Shown: piece after piece, positions 8,877 through 18,109 of the stretch | Layout: each line of letters starts with the position of its first letter | How positions within the stretch are numbered: position 1 is the first letter of the stretch | Assembly (NCBI GenBank): GCA_039794085.1 | Contig: JBDIWC010000065.1 | Location: forward strand, 1-18,835 | Source of the DNA: Gemmatimonadales bacterium | GTDB lineage: Bacteria > Gemmatimonadota > Gemmatimonadetes > Gemmatimonadales > GWC2-71-9 | Length of the DNA: 18,835 bases | Reading direction: 5' to 3' | The notes under the pieces: generated by a model | The model's database searches: none | Seen by the model: the letters and a program-made list of their open reading frames with translations, nothing else | Told to the model about the DNA's origin: nothing | Program-made: the position numbers and the translations under genes

Positions 8877-8971
8877 TCACCCAGTGATTCTGTCGACATG
8901 TGTTTGCTGCGCTCCGCGGTCTAAGGAACCTGCGGGGGTGACGCCCATTCCAGGCGATAGACCTGCCTCCT

Positions 8972-9682
8972 TCTTCACACGCCTCACTTCCAACCTCCAA
9001 CTTCGAACTTCACACTTCCCTTCGTGTCTTCGTGTCTTCGTGTCTTCGTGTGAGTCATTCTCCCGATGGCGAAAGAGTATTTCGCCCCTACGTCCCACTT
9101 CACACTTCCAGTGGACCCCGGCGTGCACCCGGGTGACGTTCCGATGTACGCTCGGGGACCCGGCTCTTCTTCGCGCCTTCGCGTCTTCGCGTGAGTTCCC
9201 TGCACAATCCCGAGCGCTCTCCTGCGCCTCGGCCTTTCACACTTCGCATTTCGCACTTCAAACTTCTCCCATGGACCCCGGCGTGCGCCGGGGTGACGGC
9301 CATTGTAGGCGGTAGGCGGTGGGCGGTAGGGACCCGATCCCGTCCACCTGTTCTTATCCCCCCTGACGCGTCTCCCTTCACACTTCCCTTCGTGTCTTCG
9401 TGTGACCCACCCTACCCGGGCCATAGGTGCTTCGCCCCTACCTCATACCTCACGCTTCGAACTTCGAACTTCCAATGGACCCCGGCGTGCGCCGGGGTGA
9501 CGTTCCGATGTACGCTCGGGGACCCGGCTCTTCTTCGCGCCTTCGCGCCTTCGCGTGAGTTCCCTGCACAATCCCGAGCGCTCTCCTCCGCCTCGGTCTT
9601 TCACACTTCGAACTTCGCACTTCACACTTCCCACCTTCGAACTTCGAACTTCCAATGGACCCCGGCGTCCGCCGGGGTGACG
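8972..9682. repeat. Composite REP/short-tandem-repeat cluster (BIME-like)
   Basis: REP palindromes RTGGACCCCGGCGT...GGGTGACG at 9111, 9271, 9475 and 9655. Two copies of the unit seen at 1-430. (CTTCGTGT)x4 at 9020-9051. CTTCRMA heptamers. GTAG-type hairpin GGCGAAA-GAGTA-TTTCGCC-CCTAC at 9068-9091 with a half copy at 9431-9441. TRGGCGG heptamers near 9306-9330. Confidence 0.92.
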
Positions 9683-9699
9683 CTCCTATGCGTGCCCGC

Positions 9700-10650
9700 C
9701 TATGCGTGCCCGGAGAGCAGAGCCAGGAGACGCTCCCGGATCGCCTTGCGCACCGACTCCGGATCGAGCACCTCCGCCTCGGGGCCGTACTGCAGCACAT
9801 GGCTCACCGCCCACTCCTGATCCGCCAGCGGGTGCTCCACCACCACCGATCCATCCTCGGCCACCGTCCCCGTTTCCCGTTCCCGAATCCAGGGCGCGAT
9901 CCGCGCCGAGTACCGGACCCGCATGACCGCGATGGCATCGCCGAGGAAGGCGCGGCCGTCCTTCACGAAGTCCTCCAGCGCCAGGCCGGGCAGCGGCTCG
10001 AAGCGCGTCTCCTCGACGGTCACGTCCCCGATCCGGTCCACCCGATACACCCGCAGGGAGTCCCCCTCCGCCAGTGCGGCCAGATACCAGCGACCGCGGA
10101 CATGCAGCAATCCGCAGGGCGCCACGGTCCGCGGCGTGGCGGTGAGAGATCCCGACGACTGGTAGCAGATCGTGACCCTCCGATGACCCGCGATCGCCTT
10201 CCGGAGCCGGGACAGCAGCACCGGGTCGGCCCCATGCTCCAGCGACGCGTGCAGCGCCCCGGGTGCATCTTCCGTCACCACCGTGGTGCGCACCGACTGC
10301 AGATGCCGGCGGGCCCGCTCGATTCCGGCGTGCTCGTCGGGGGGACGGCTCCCCTGGAGCATGGCGAACCCAAGGTCCAGGGCGGCGAGTTCGGCCGCCG
10401 TCAGGCGCATGGGACGGAGAAAGTGGTCGGTGCGCAGCTGCACCCTCTCCCCGTCGAGGTAGATCTGCACCCCTTCGACAAATCCTGCCGGATCATCGTA
10501 CCGCTCGGCCAGAGCCCGCAGATCACGGAGAAGGGTCCGCTCGTCGGTCCCGGTCTCCGAGGCGACGTCGGCCAGGCGGTGGGGACGGTCGTCGGCGCAG
10601 CGCGGGATGATCTCCAGCAACCGGCGCAACTGCCGAGCGCTGTCGCTCAT
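9700..10650 (-). CDS. WYL-domain transcriptional regulator, PafC-like (HTH-WYL-WCX)
   Basis: ATG 10650 overlaps the upstream TGA (ATGA). N-terminal HTH (QLRRLLEIIP...LADVASETG...LLRDL), linker RPMRLTAAELAAL, WYL domain (RTVAP...GRWYLAA...YRVDRI), WCX tail (LQYGPEAEVLDPESVR). Confidence 0.92.
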   Translation of the reverse strand: MSDSARQLRRLLEIIPRCADDRPHRLADVASETGTDERTLLRDLRALAERYDDPAGFVEGVQIYLDGERVQLRTDHFLRPMRLTAAELAALDLGFAMLQGSRPPDEHAGIERARRHLQSVRTTVVTEDAPGALHASLEHGADPVLLSRLRKAIAGHRRVTICYQSSGSLTATPRTVAPCGLLHVRGRWYLAALAEGDSLRVYRVDRIGDVTVEETRFEPLPGLALEDFVKDGRAFLGDAIAVMRVRYSARIAPWIRERETGTVAEDGSVVVEHPLADQEWAVSHVLQYGPEAEVLDPESVRKAIRERLLALLSGHA

Positions 10651-11723
10651 GCGGAATCCTCCTCGTACCGGGCGAGAGTGGCACGGGCCAGCTCCCGCCA
10701 GGAGGCCACCGCGCTGTCGGGCGCGACGACCTGGACGTCCGGGCCGGCACCGAGCAGCCACCGGAGGAACGTGTCAGGCCGCCGGACCGCAAAGCTCCGG
10801 TAGTCCGGATCTCCCTCGACCGGTTGTCCCAGCCGCCGGATGGCCTGAGCCGCGACTCCCGTCCCCCGCACCGCGACATGAATGGACACCCCGTCTCCCG
10901 ACCCCAGTTCCCAGGCCTCCCGGGAGCGGGCGTGCCGGGCCAGATCGAACCCGGGCGGGCGGACGAAATCAGGCCCACCTCCCGGGTGATTCACCGTGAC
11001 GTTGGCCATCCGGCCCAGCCGGAAGTTCTTGCACACCCCGTCCTCGTCCACCGCGGCGAGATACCAGTGGTGGGAGTGGAAGAAGAGCCCCAACGGAGAC
11101 ACGGAGCGTTCGCGTTCCGTGCCGCTGTTCAGGCTTCGATACCAGAGGCGCACCGTGGTGCGGGATCGCACGGCCCGTAGGAGCGTGTCGAAGAGGTCAT
11201 CCTCGATGCGCGCCCCCCGTTCGGAGACGATCAGGTCCGTCTCCGCTCCTCCGGGGGCCTCGACGGGGAGGTCACACCCCAGCTTGCGGAGAGCCGATCG
11301 AATGTCCCCCGCGAGCCGGGGAATCCCCAAGGCGATGGCATGGGCGGCCGCCGCGGAGACGAGGGCCAGATCCTCCGGCTCGAACACCAGGTGAGGGAGG
11401 TTGCGATATCCGTGCCGGTCGATCCGTTTCGGCGGCCGTGGCTCTCCCCCCGTTCCGAGGGAGAGGTAGGGGAGATAAAAATCCTCCCGGCGCAGCCGGT
11501 AGCCCAATTCCCCATCCCCAGCATCGGCCGTGTCCAGGGGAATCCCGAACGCGCGGAGCTCCTTCTTGTCCCGTTCGAAGAGTTGTCGCCGAGCCCCGGC
11601 CGACCGGGCATTCTGATACCCGGGGACATCGCGGATCAGTTCCTCGAAGGGGGCGGGATAGTGCCGGCGAAGCAGAGCGGCGAGGAGATCGATCCACCGG
11701 CGGAGTTTCGGAGGAGGGGGCAT
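10647..11723 (-). CDS. WYL-domain transcriptional regulator, PafB-like (wHTH-WYL-WCX)
   Basis: 358 aa. VPGY...RRQLFERDKKELRAFGIPL matches the PafB recognition-helix signature (FERDKxELRxxGIP). WYL domain RSVSP...HWYLAA...FRLGRM; WCX tail WLLGAGPDVQVVAP. Starts 3 bp after the helicase stop. Confidence 0.93.
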   Translation of the reverse strand: MPPPPKLRRWIDLLAALLRRHYPAPFEELIRDVPGYQNARSAGARRQLFERDKKELRAFGIPLDTADAGDGELGYRLRREDFYLPYLSLGTGGEPRPPKRIDRHGYRNLPHLVFEPEDLALVSAAAAHAIALGIPRLAGDIRSALRKLGCDLPVEAPGGAETDLIVSERGARIEDDLFDTLLRAVRSRTTVRLWYRSLNSGTERERSVSPLGLFFHSHHWYLAAVDEDGVCKNFRLGRMANVTVNHPGGGPDFVRPPGFDLARHARSREAWELGSGDGVSIHVAVRGTGVAAQAIRRLGQPVEGDPDYRSFAVRRPDTFLRWLLGAGPDVQVVAPDSAVASWRELARATLARYEEDSA

Positions 11724-11726
11724 TAT

Positions 11727-14700
11727 TCACTTCCCGCCGGGTGAATCGCCCGGCTCGGGGACGCCCGCGCACCATCCCACCCGCCGGAACCCGCATCGGG
11801 CACACTCTCCGGGATCGGTGGCGAGGGCGGGCGGATCCTGCCGCAGGTCGCGGGAGAGCGCCCGGGCAAACTCCGACGCCTCCTGGCTCCGCTCGGCGCC
11901 GATGGCGATCCGATGCTGAACCCCGGGACGGGAGAAGTGGAAGCGGAATTCCGACACCGGGTGTCCGGCCAGGGCCGCCGTCGCCGCCGTGTACACCTCT
12001 CTCTGAATCGCGTATCGCTCCGCGGACACGGCCACCTCCTCGGCGGGCACGTCGCTGGTCTTGACGTCGAGGATGGTGATCCCGTCCGGCCCCGGCGCCA
12101 CGAGGTCGAGGGCTCCCTGCCACCACACCTCGCCGTCCCCGCGGCAGAGGAAGCGGAGCTCGCGACGGGCCTCGGGCCGGTCCGCCACCTCCCGCCAGGC
12201 GGGGTCGGTCGCGACCTCCTCGATCTCGGTTCGGAGCGCCAGGCGATAGCGGGAACCGCTGGTCGCCTCGGGAGGCGGAGCCTCGGGATCCCACCGGCCG
12301 ATCGCGTCCTCCAGGAGGAGGTCGAGTTCCTCCTCCAGGCGCAACTTTTCCAGCACATCATGCACGATCTGACCCCGGGCCACCGCACTGCCGAATCCGG
12401 GCCCCGATCCCGGGTGCCTCCCGGCCGGTTCGCGGATCCCCATCACGTACTGGAACCATCGTTTCCGGGGGCAGCGGGCGTGCTGCAACGCTTCGGTCGC
12501 CGAGTGGAGCGATCGTCCCGGGGGCACCTCGAGGCTCGGGAGTGGGCCGGGGATCCCGTCACCCGGAGCCAGCGAGGGCGGTTCATCGGTGACGGGGTCC
12601 GGGAGGGAGGCTGGCGCATGCAGCACGACGTACGGGCTCCTGGGTGTCCTGTCCAGGTCACCCAGGAGTTTCACCGCGGGACCCCACGATCCCTTTGCCC
12701 CCGGCAGGGAGACAATGAGTCGTTCCCGGGCTCGGGTCGCCGCCACATACCAGAGGCGCTTCTGCTCGGCCTGCCCTTCGTGCTCCTGCTCCGCTTTCCT
12801 CTCCTGCCACGCCTCGGGCTGATCCTTCGACTCCGCCTCGGGATCCTTGAGCGCGAAGGTGTCCCGCCCGGCCAGAAGCACGGCCCGGGTGTCGGTGAAC
12901 GGCTTCCGCCCGACGTCGGCCCAGAAGACCACGCGCCATTCGAGCCCCTTGGCCGAATGCACGGTGGAGAGCGAGAGGACGTCATCCCCGGGGTCGTGCA
13001 GGCGTTCCACGCCCACGCGATCCCGTCGCTCGCGCCGGATCGCGAGATCCCGCAGCCATTCCTCGAGGGTGACGAGGGCGGCGGCCCGGGCCATCCGCTG
13101 GAGTTTGCGCACGTTGGCGATCGCTCCCTCCCGGCCGAGCAGATGGAGATGGACCAGATACCCCGTGTCATCCACCAAGTGCTGCAGGAGGACATCGTGA
13201 GGGACCCGGTTTCGCAGGCGGCCCATCCGGTCGAGCACCTCAAAGCCCCGCCGGCACCGCTCCGAGTCCGGCCCCGGGGTCGGGAGTTCCCGTCCGGGCC
13301 ACGGGGACCCGGGGGCAGCCAGGGCCAGCTCGAGCAGGGTCTCGTCGCGCACGGCCACGAAGGGGCTGCGCAGGAAACCGGCGACGTGACGATCGTCATG
13401 CGGGTCGGCGATGGCATGGAGCGCCACGAGGCAGTCCACGATCTCCTGCTGCTGAAAGAACCCGTCATCGAGGAGGGTGTCGGTGGGGATTCCCTCCCGG
13501 CGCAGGGCCGAGGCATAGATCTCCACGTCGGTCCAGACCGGAAGGAGGACCGCCATCTCGGCCCAGCCGATCCCCTCGTCCTCATGGAGGGCGCGGGCCC
13601 GGGTGGCGATCGCGGCGGCCTCGCAGCGTCGCCGGTCCGCCGCCTTTTCCACGACGTCGGGCACGGCGAGGAGTTCCACCGGTGGGCCGCTCTCCTGGTC
13701 GGGCCGACCGACGGACATCGGGGTGAGGGGGACCTCGTAGTCGGCAAGCGCGGTGGCGTCCGAATCGACCGGTGTGTTCAGGCACGGTCCCAGCACCTGG
13801 TGCACGAAGTCCAGGATCGGCTGCTGGCTGCGGAAGTTTTCGGGGAGGGTAATGACCCGTCCCCGCGTGCCCGAGGCGAAGTGGCGCTCCACCACGTGCC
13901 AGCTCGTGACATCGGCGCGGCGGAACCGGTAGATGCTCTGTTTCGGATCTCCCACGAGAAGGAGGCGCGGGGTATCGGCTCGTTCCGACTCGGGGTCCCC
14001 CAACAACCATGCGATCTCGCGCTGGACCGGGTCCACGTCCTGGAACTCGTCCACGACCAGGGTCCCGATCCGGCGCTGGAGGGTCCGGCGGACATAGGGG
14101 TCGTCGCGGATCAGGTCGCGGGTCCAGGTGAGCATGTGGTCGAAGTCCACCGTCCCCCGTTCCCGCAGGCGATCCTCCAGGAGAGCGGTGGCGGCCTCGG
14201 CGAGGGCGAGGGTCGTTTGCTCCCGGGGCGGGAGCCGGTCCCGATTCCGGGCGAGGGTCCGGAGCCGGTCCCCCTCCCTCACGAGCTGTCCCACCGCCTC
14301 CCGGAACCGTGCGAGAGGGAAGGAGACCAGGAGGGAATCGAGACCGGGGAGGGAGCCTTCGGTCACCGCTCCCACGAGGGCGTCGCGCACGGCCTCGTCG
14401 ACGAGGGACGCACTGTCACCCTCTTCCATCACGTCCAGCGAGGATCCCTCGCCTCGTCGCAGCGCAAATTCCCGGAGGATGTCCCCGGCAAAGGCGTGGA
14501 TCGTTCCGATGCGCGCGGCATCCACCGCCACGGCCTCCTCCCGCCGCTCCTGGTCACGGAGGGCGGACCGGATCCGGCCCTTCAGGTCGGCGGCGGCGGC
14601 GTTGGTAAAGGTGATGGCGGCGATCCGGTCGAGGGACACCGGAGCGGGGATCGTGCGGCCCTCCACCTCGACACCGAGGAGGTAGAGGAGGCGTTGGACC

Positions 14701-14807
14701 ACGGTACCGGTCTTGCCCGATCCGGCGCCGGCGTTGACGAGCACGTGCTGGTCGGCAGCCCAGACCACGTCGCGCTGGTGCGGAGTCAGGGGGGGACGCG
14801 TCGTCAT
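11727..14807 (-). CDS. UvrD/SF1A helicase fused to a PD-(D/E)XK nuclease (AddA/AdnB-like motor subunit)
   Basis: ATG 14807 overlaps the upstream TGA (TGATG); 1026 aa. Motifs I AGAGSGKT, Ia TFTNAAA, Ib TIHAF, II DEFQD, III VGDPKQSIYRFR, IV NFRS, V TVHSAKGLE, VI YVAATRARE. RecB-family nuclease GALDLV...DVKT...QREVY, with Cys in RCPR and CARCGFRRVGWC. Confidence 0.93.
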   Translation of the reverse strand: MTTRPPLTPHQRDVVWAADQHVLVNAGAGSGKTGTVVQRLLYLLGVEVEGRTIPAPVSLDRIAAITFTNAAAADLKGRIRSALRDQERREEAVAVDAARIGTIHAFAGDILREFALRRGEGSSLDVMEEGDSASLVDEAVRDALVGAVTEGSLPGLDSLLVSFPLARFREAVGQLVREGDRLRTLARNRDRLPPREQTTLALAEAATALLEDRLRERGTVDFDHMLTWTRDLIRDDPYVRRTLQRRIGTLVVDEFQDVDPVQREIAWLLGDPESERADTPRLLLVGDPKQSIYRFRRADVTSWHVVERHFASGTRGRVITLPENFRSQQPILDFVHQVLGPCLNTPVDSDATALADYEVPLTPMSVGRPDQESGPPVELLAVPDVVEKAADRRRCEAAAIATRARALHEDEGIGWAEMAVLLPVWTDVEIYASALRREGIPTDTLLDDGFFQQQEIVDCLVALHAIADPHDDRHVAGFLRSPFVAVRDETLLELALAAPGSPWPGRELPTPGPDSERCRRGFEVLDRMGRLRNRVPHDVLLQHLVDDTGYLVHLHLLGREGAIANVRKLQRMARAAALVTLEEWLRDLAIRRERRDRVGVERLHDPGDDVLSLSTVHSAKGLEWRVVFWADVGRKPFTDTRAVLLAGRDTFALKDPEAESKDQPEAWQERKAEQEHEGQAEQKRLWYVAATRARERLIVSLPGAKGSWGPAVKLLGDLDRTPRSPYVVLHAPASLPDPVTDEPPSLAPGDGIPGPLPSLEVPPGRSLHSATEALQHARCPRKRWFQYVMGIREPAGRHPGSGPGFGSAVARGQIVHDVLEKLRLEEELDLLLEDAIGRWDPEAPPPEATSGSRYRLALRTEIEEVATDPAWREVADRPEARRELRFLCRGDGEVWWQGALDLVAPGPDGITILDVKTSDVPAEEVAVSAERYAIQREVYTAATAALAGHPVSEFRFHFSRPGVQHRIAIGAERSQEASEFARALSRDLRQDPPALATDPGECARCGFRRVGWCAGVPEPGDSPGGK

Positions 14808-17800
14808 CAGAATGCCTCCCGGGGCCCACCGGGAATCCGGCAGATGTCCCGACCGGGGCACCAGGGCGCACAGGTGCAACTGGGGGGGACGGCGAGGGGA
14901 AAGACCCCGCCCCGGATGGACCGGACGTGGGACACGACCGCATCGAGGGAGCTCTCCAGGCGCCGGGCCGCATCCGGATCGGGGAGGATGGTCCCGGTTT
15001 TCCAGTCGACCGTGGCGAGCTGCAACACATGCACCGCCTCACGCGACTTGACCGCTCGATATTCGGTGCGCGCGATCCGCGACTCGGGATAGAGGGCGCG
15101 CAGGGCGTGGGCGTAGAGGGGGATCTGCAGCACGATCTCGTCGCCCCAGGCGCCGGCGCTCCCACCGCCCGGAGTGGACCACTTGCTGCTCTTGTAGTCC
15201 ACGGCCGCGATCCAGGTTTCCGGATTCGGGACTCGCTCATCGACGCCGAATTCGACCCGGTCGATCGTGCCGCGATACCTCATGCGCACGCCATCGCGTT
15301 CCAGCACGACATCCTGAAAGGTGAGCTCGTGGTGGGCCACTCCGGTCCGGAGACGCTTCGGGGCATTGCCCCTGTTGCTGGCCCGTTCCTTCTCGATTTC
15401 GCTCGTTTCCCACTCCAGGTAGCGCCACAGGGCCCGCCGGGTGGAGGCCCGGGTCACGTCGTGCAGCGCCTCCGGTCCGAGCCAGCCGCTGGACACCGCC
15501 ACCTCCCACGCCTCGTTCAGCACCTGGTCCAGCACGGGTTCGAGGGCCCGCAGGCGATCCCGGTCCAGGACCACGGGGGAACCCCACTGCTCCGCGGCGC
15601 GATCGAAGAAGCGACGCAGAGTATCGTGCCAGAGTGTTCCACGCGCGGCGGGATCGGCTTCCTCCCCGGGGTCGGTGCCCTGTTCGAGGCGGAGCAGGCG
15701 TTGGGCAAACCAGGACCAGGGGCACTTGGCGTGAGACTCAAGGCTGCTCGGACTCCAGGAATACCCGTCTCCGAAACGTTCCTTCAGGAGGCTCAGGAGA
15801 TCGGTTCGGGTAATCAACCCGGACCAGAGTCCCGGCCGGGGGCGGGCGCGATCCCGCTCAACCTCGGCGGCGTGCCGTGCCGTGAAGAGAGCCCGGGAGG
15901 TACGGTAGAAGGGAATTCCCGGCGTGATCACACGGCGGGCACCAATCCGCTCGGGGGTGATGTGGGCCACCTCGGACAGGGCATCGAGAAAGGGAGAGGG
16001 AAGTGTGTCGCGCCCCGCCACGTCCCGGGCGGGGCGAGAAACGGTGAGGTGCTCGGCCGAACCCACCAGCAACCGAAAGTGGTGGCGTTCCCGAAGGGCA
16101 CGGTGATCGCTCCCGTCGAGGGGAAGTCCGGCCCGGCGGAGCAGACGCCGATCCTCCTCATGGAGGAGGGGGGAGACCGACGGAGCGACCGGGAATTCCC
16201 CCGCATTCATTCCCATCAGAAAGAGATGCTCCCAGCTTCGGCCCGTCGCGGCCAGGGCTTCGAGCACCTGGACCCCCTTCCGGACCGGGGTCCAGAGGGC
16301 CACATCACCCGAGAGGACGTTCCGCAGATGATCGCGGAACGCCGCGACCGGGAGAGGGGCATCGTCGCTGTCGATGGAACTCCACCGATCCAGGGCCGCC
16401 CTCCACTCCTTCACGGCGGTGGTCACCCCGCGCCAGCCGGCCAGGTCGACCCGGGCCAGGTCCCAATTGCTGTCCGGAACCTCCCAGATTCGGGCCCCCA
16501 TGTCGAGTGGATCGTCGGCCAGAAAGCGCTCCAGCCAACGGAGCCAGTGGGCCAGGGGACGCGGGGGATCGATCTCGAGCACGGCGTTCTCGAACTGCTC
16601 GAATCCGTCTCGCGCCCGCCGAATGAGTCCGGGCGGGGGAGTCCCGACACGACGGGGTTCATCGGAGTCCGTCGCCCCGTCTCGTTCCGCCCGGGCCCGT
16701 TGTTCCAGCGTGAGGAGAGCGCCGCGCCACACCGCCAGACCCCGGACAGGAGACTCGAAGCCGATGCGATTCAGGATGTCGGGGTCGAGTTGATGCCGGA
16801 AATAGGGTTGCCGGGCCAGAGACACGAGACCATGCCGGGTCCACCCGTCCGCAGCCGCGTTGAAAAGCGCGGTGAGGGCACGGACCACGGGAATCTCTCC
16901 CAGTGTCATGCGACGCCGTGCCGACCCGGACAGACCTGCACGGGCCAGGGCACCCAGCACGAGATCCGTGGTGGGGCGAGCTCGCCGGCTGACCACCGCG
17001 ATGCGATTCGTCGGCACGCCCCGGTCCACCAGAATGCGGATGCGCCGCGCCACCTCCTCGGCCTCGCGCTGTGGATCCGGCGCCGTGATGCATGCCACGG
17101 TGCGGGTAGGTTCACTGCGCTCGGACGGCGTGAAGAGCCGCGCCGGAAGCGCCGTGGCCGTGAGGGGTTCGGGCAGAACCGTGGTCCGGGCGGGACGGAG
17201 CCCCTCCGCCTCGAGGATCCCGGGGGCGGCGTAGAGCACCACCCGGTCGAAACAGGGCGTGCGGTCCAGGACCGAGAGGAGCCGCCGCCAGCCACCTCGC
17301 AGATCAGTGAGCCCGACGATCCGCATCTCTCTCCTCGTCCCCAGCCGCCGCGACACCGCGTCGGGATTCTCGGCGAGGAAGGCCGCGGTGTCCACGAGTG
17401 CGGCCCGACCATCGCGCACCCGGTTGGCCCGCAGCAGACTCACCCACGCGTGGTAAACCCCTGCCAACGCTTCATCCCGGGCCCGATCCACCGGATCGCG
17501 GAAAGGAGCGGCAAGGCGAACCGCTGCGTGAAAGGCCTCGGGTGTCACACCCGCGCTCCCGAGTTCGCCGAGCAGGTGATCCACCGCGTCGATGAACCCG
17601 GGTTGCGACGCGACGGGGGAGAGGACTTCGCCTCCGTGCCCGCGCATCAGGCGCTGAACCAGAACCGCCCGGTCGAAGTCGGTGAGGGGGACGTGATCCG
17701 GGGCGCCCAGCCAGAGCGGGAGCTCGTGGAAAACGGCCACGGGAGGGTCAAACCATCCGGGAAGCCGCTTCCGGGCCGCGAGGGCCAGGAGATCATCCCG

Positions 17801-17986
17801 GAGTCCCCCTTGGCGAAGGACCAGGAGGGTATCGGGCGTGGCCAGCGGACGCGATCCCGGCGTCGGGGTGGGTGACACAAGGAGCGGTTCGGACGCCTGC
17901 TGGAGGAGCCGTTCCGGATTGTGTGCACTGACCAGTTCAATTCTCAGACAGTCGATGGGCTGAATCATATCATCAATAGACGTCAT
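14807..17986 (-). CDS. PD-(D/E)XK nuclease with a degenerate helicase-like N-terminus (AddB/AdnA-like subunit)
   Basis: ATG 17986 with AGGAG RBS, 1059 aa; the ORF track extends to a TTG at 18061. No Walker A. AddB-like segments EAEEVARRIR...IAVVSR, LFLMGMNAGEFP, PSPFL, SPSSLESHAKCPWSWF, RGTLWH, GTIDRVE, VDYKSS, LQIPLY, and C-terminal CTCAPWCPGRDIC. Confidence 0.9.
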   Translation of the reverse strand: MTSIDDMIQPIDCLRIELVSAHNPERLLQQASEPLLVSPTPTPGSRPLATPDTLLVLRQGGLRDDLLALAARKRLPGWFDPPVAVFHELPLWLGAPDHVPLTDFDRAVLVQRLMRGHGGEVLSPVASQPGFIDAVDHLLGELGSAGVTPEAFHAAVRLAAPFRDPVDRARDEALAGVYHAWVSLLRANRVRDGRAALVDTAAFLAENPDAVSRRLGTRREMRIVGLTDLRGGWRRLLSVLDRTPCFDRVVLYAAPGILEAEGLRPARTTVLPEPLTATALPARLFTPSERSEPTRTVACITAPDPQREAEEVARRIRILVDRGVPTNRIAVVSRRARPTTDLVLGALARAGLSGSARRRMTLGEIPVVRALTALFNAAADGWTRHGLVSLARQPYFRHQLDPDILNRIGFESPVRGLAVWRGALLTLEQRARAERDGATDSDEPRRVGTPPPGLIRRARDGFEQFENAVLEIDPPRPLAHWLRWLERFLADDPLDMGARIWEVPDSNWDLARVDLAGWRGVTTAVKEWRAALDRWSSIDSDDAPLPVAAFRDHLRNVLSGDVALWTPVRKGVQVLEALAATGRSWEHLFLMGMNAGEFPVAPSVSPLLHEEDRRLLRRAGLPLDGSDHRALRERHHFRLLVGSAEHLTVSRPARDVAGRDTLPSPFLDALSEVAHITPERIGARRVITPGIPFYRTSRALFTARHAAEVERDRARPRPGLWSGLITRTDLLSLLKERFGDGYSWSPSSLESHAKCPWSWFAQRLLRLEQGTDPGEEADPAARGTLWHDTLRRFFDRAAEQWGSPVVLDRDRLRALEPVLDQVLNEAWEVAVSSGWLGPEALHDVTRASTRRALWRYLEWETSEIEKERASNRGNAPKRLRTGVAHHELTFQDVVLERDGVRMRYRGTIDRVEFGVDERVPNPETWIAAVDYKSSKWSTPGGGSAGAWGDEIVLQIPLYAHALRALYPESRIARTEYRAVKSREAVHVLQLATVDWKTGTILPDPDAARRLESSLDAVVSHVRSIRGGVFPLAVPPSCTCAPWCPGRDICRIPGGPREAF

Positions 17987-18109
17987 CACATCTCCTGCTT
18001 CACGCCGGAATTCGGCTCGCCGGGATTCGGTGGCTTCTTCTTCTTGGCTACTTAGTGACAAGGTATCCCGTTTATGGCGGTCGCGATAGGGGATCCCCGA
18101 GGTGTTACG

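Noticed and set aside
9111..9682. Four ~28-bp palindromic repeats as a CRISPR array next to Cas4-like nucleases and WYL genes
   Set aside because: Intervals are 130-180 bp, irregular and largely repeats of each other. No cas1/cas2 or effector genes are present. The repeats fit REP elements.
11913..17875. Long + strand ORFs (11913..15092, 1059 aa; 14927..17875, 982 aa)
   Set aside because: Antisense shadows of the motif-rich helicase and nuclease genes, expected in high-GC DNA; no recognisable motifs.
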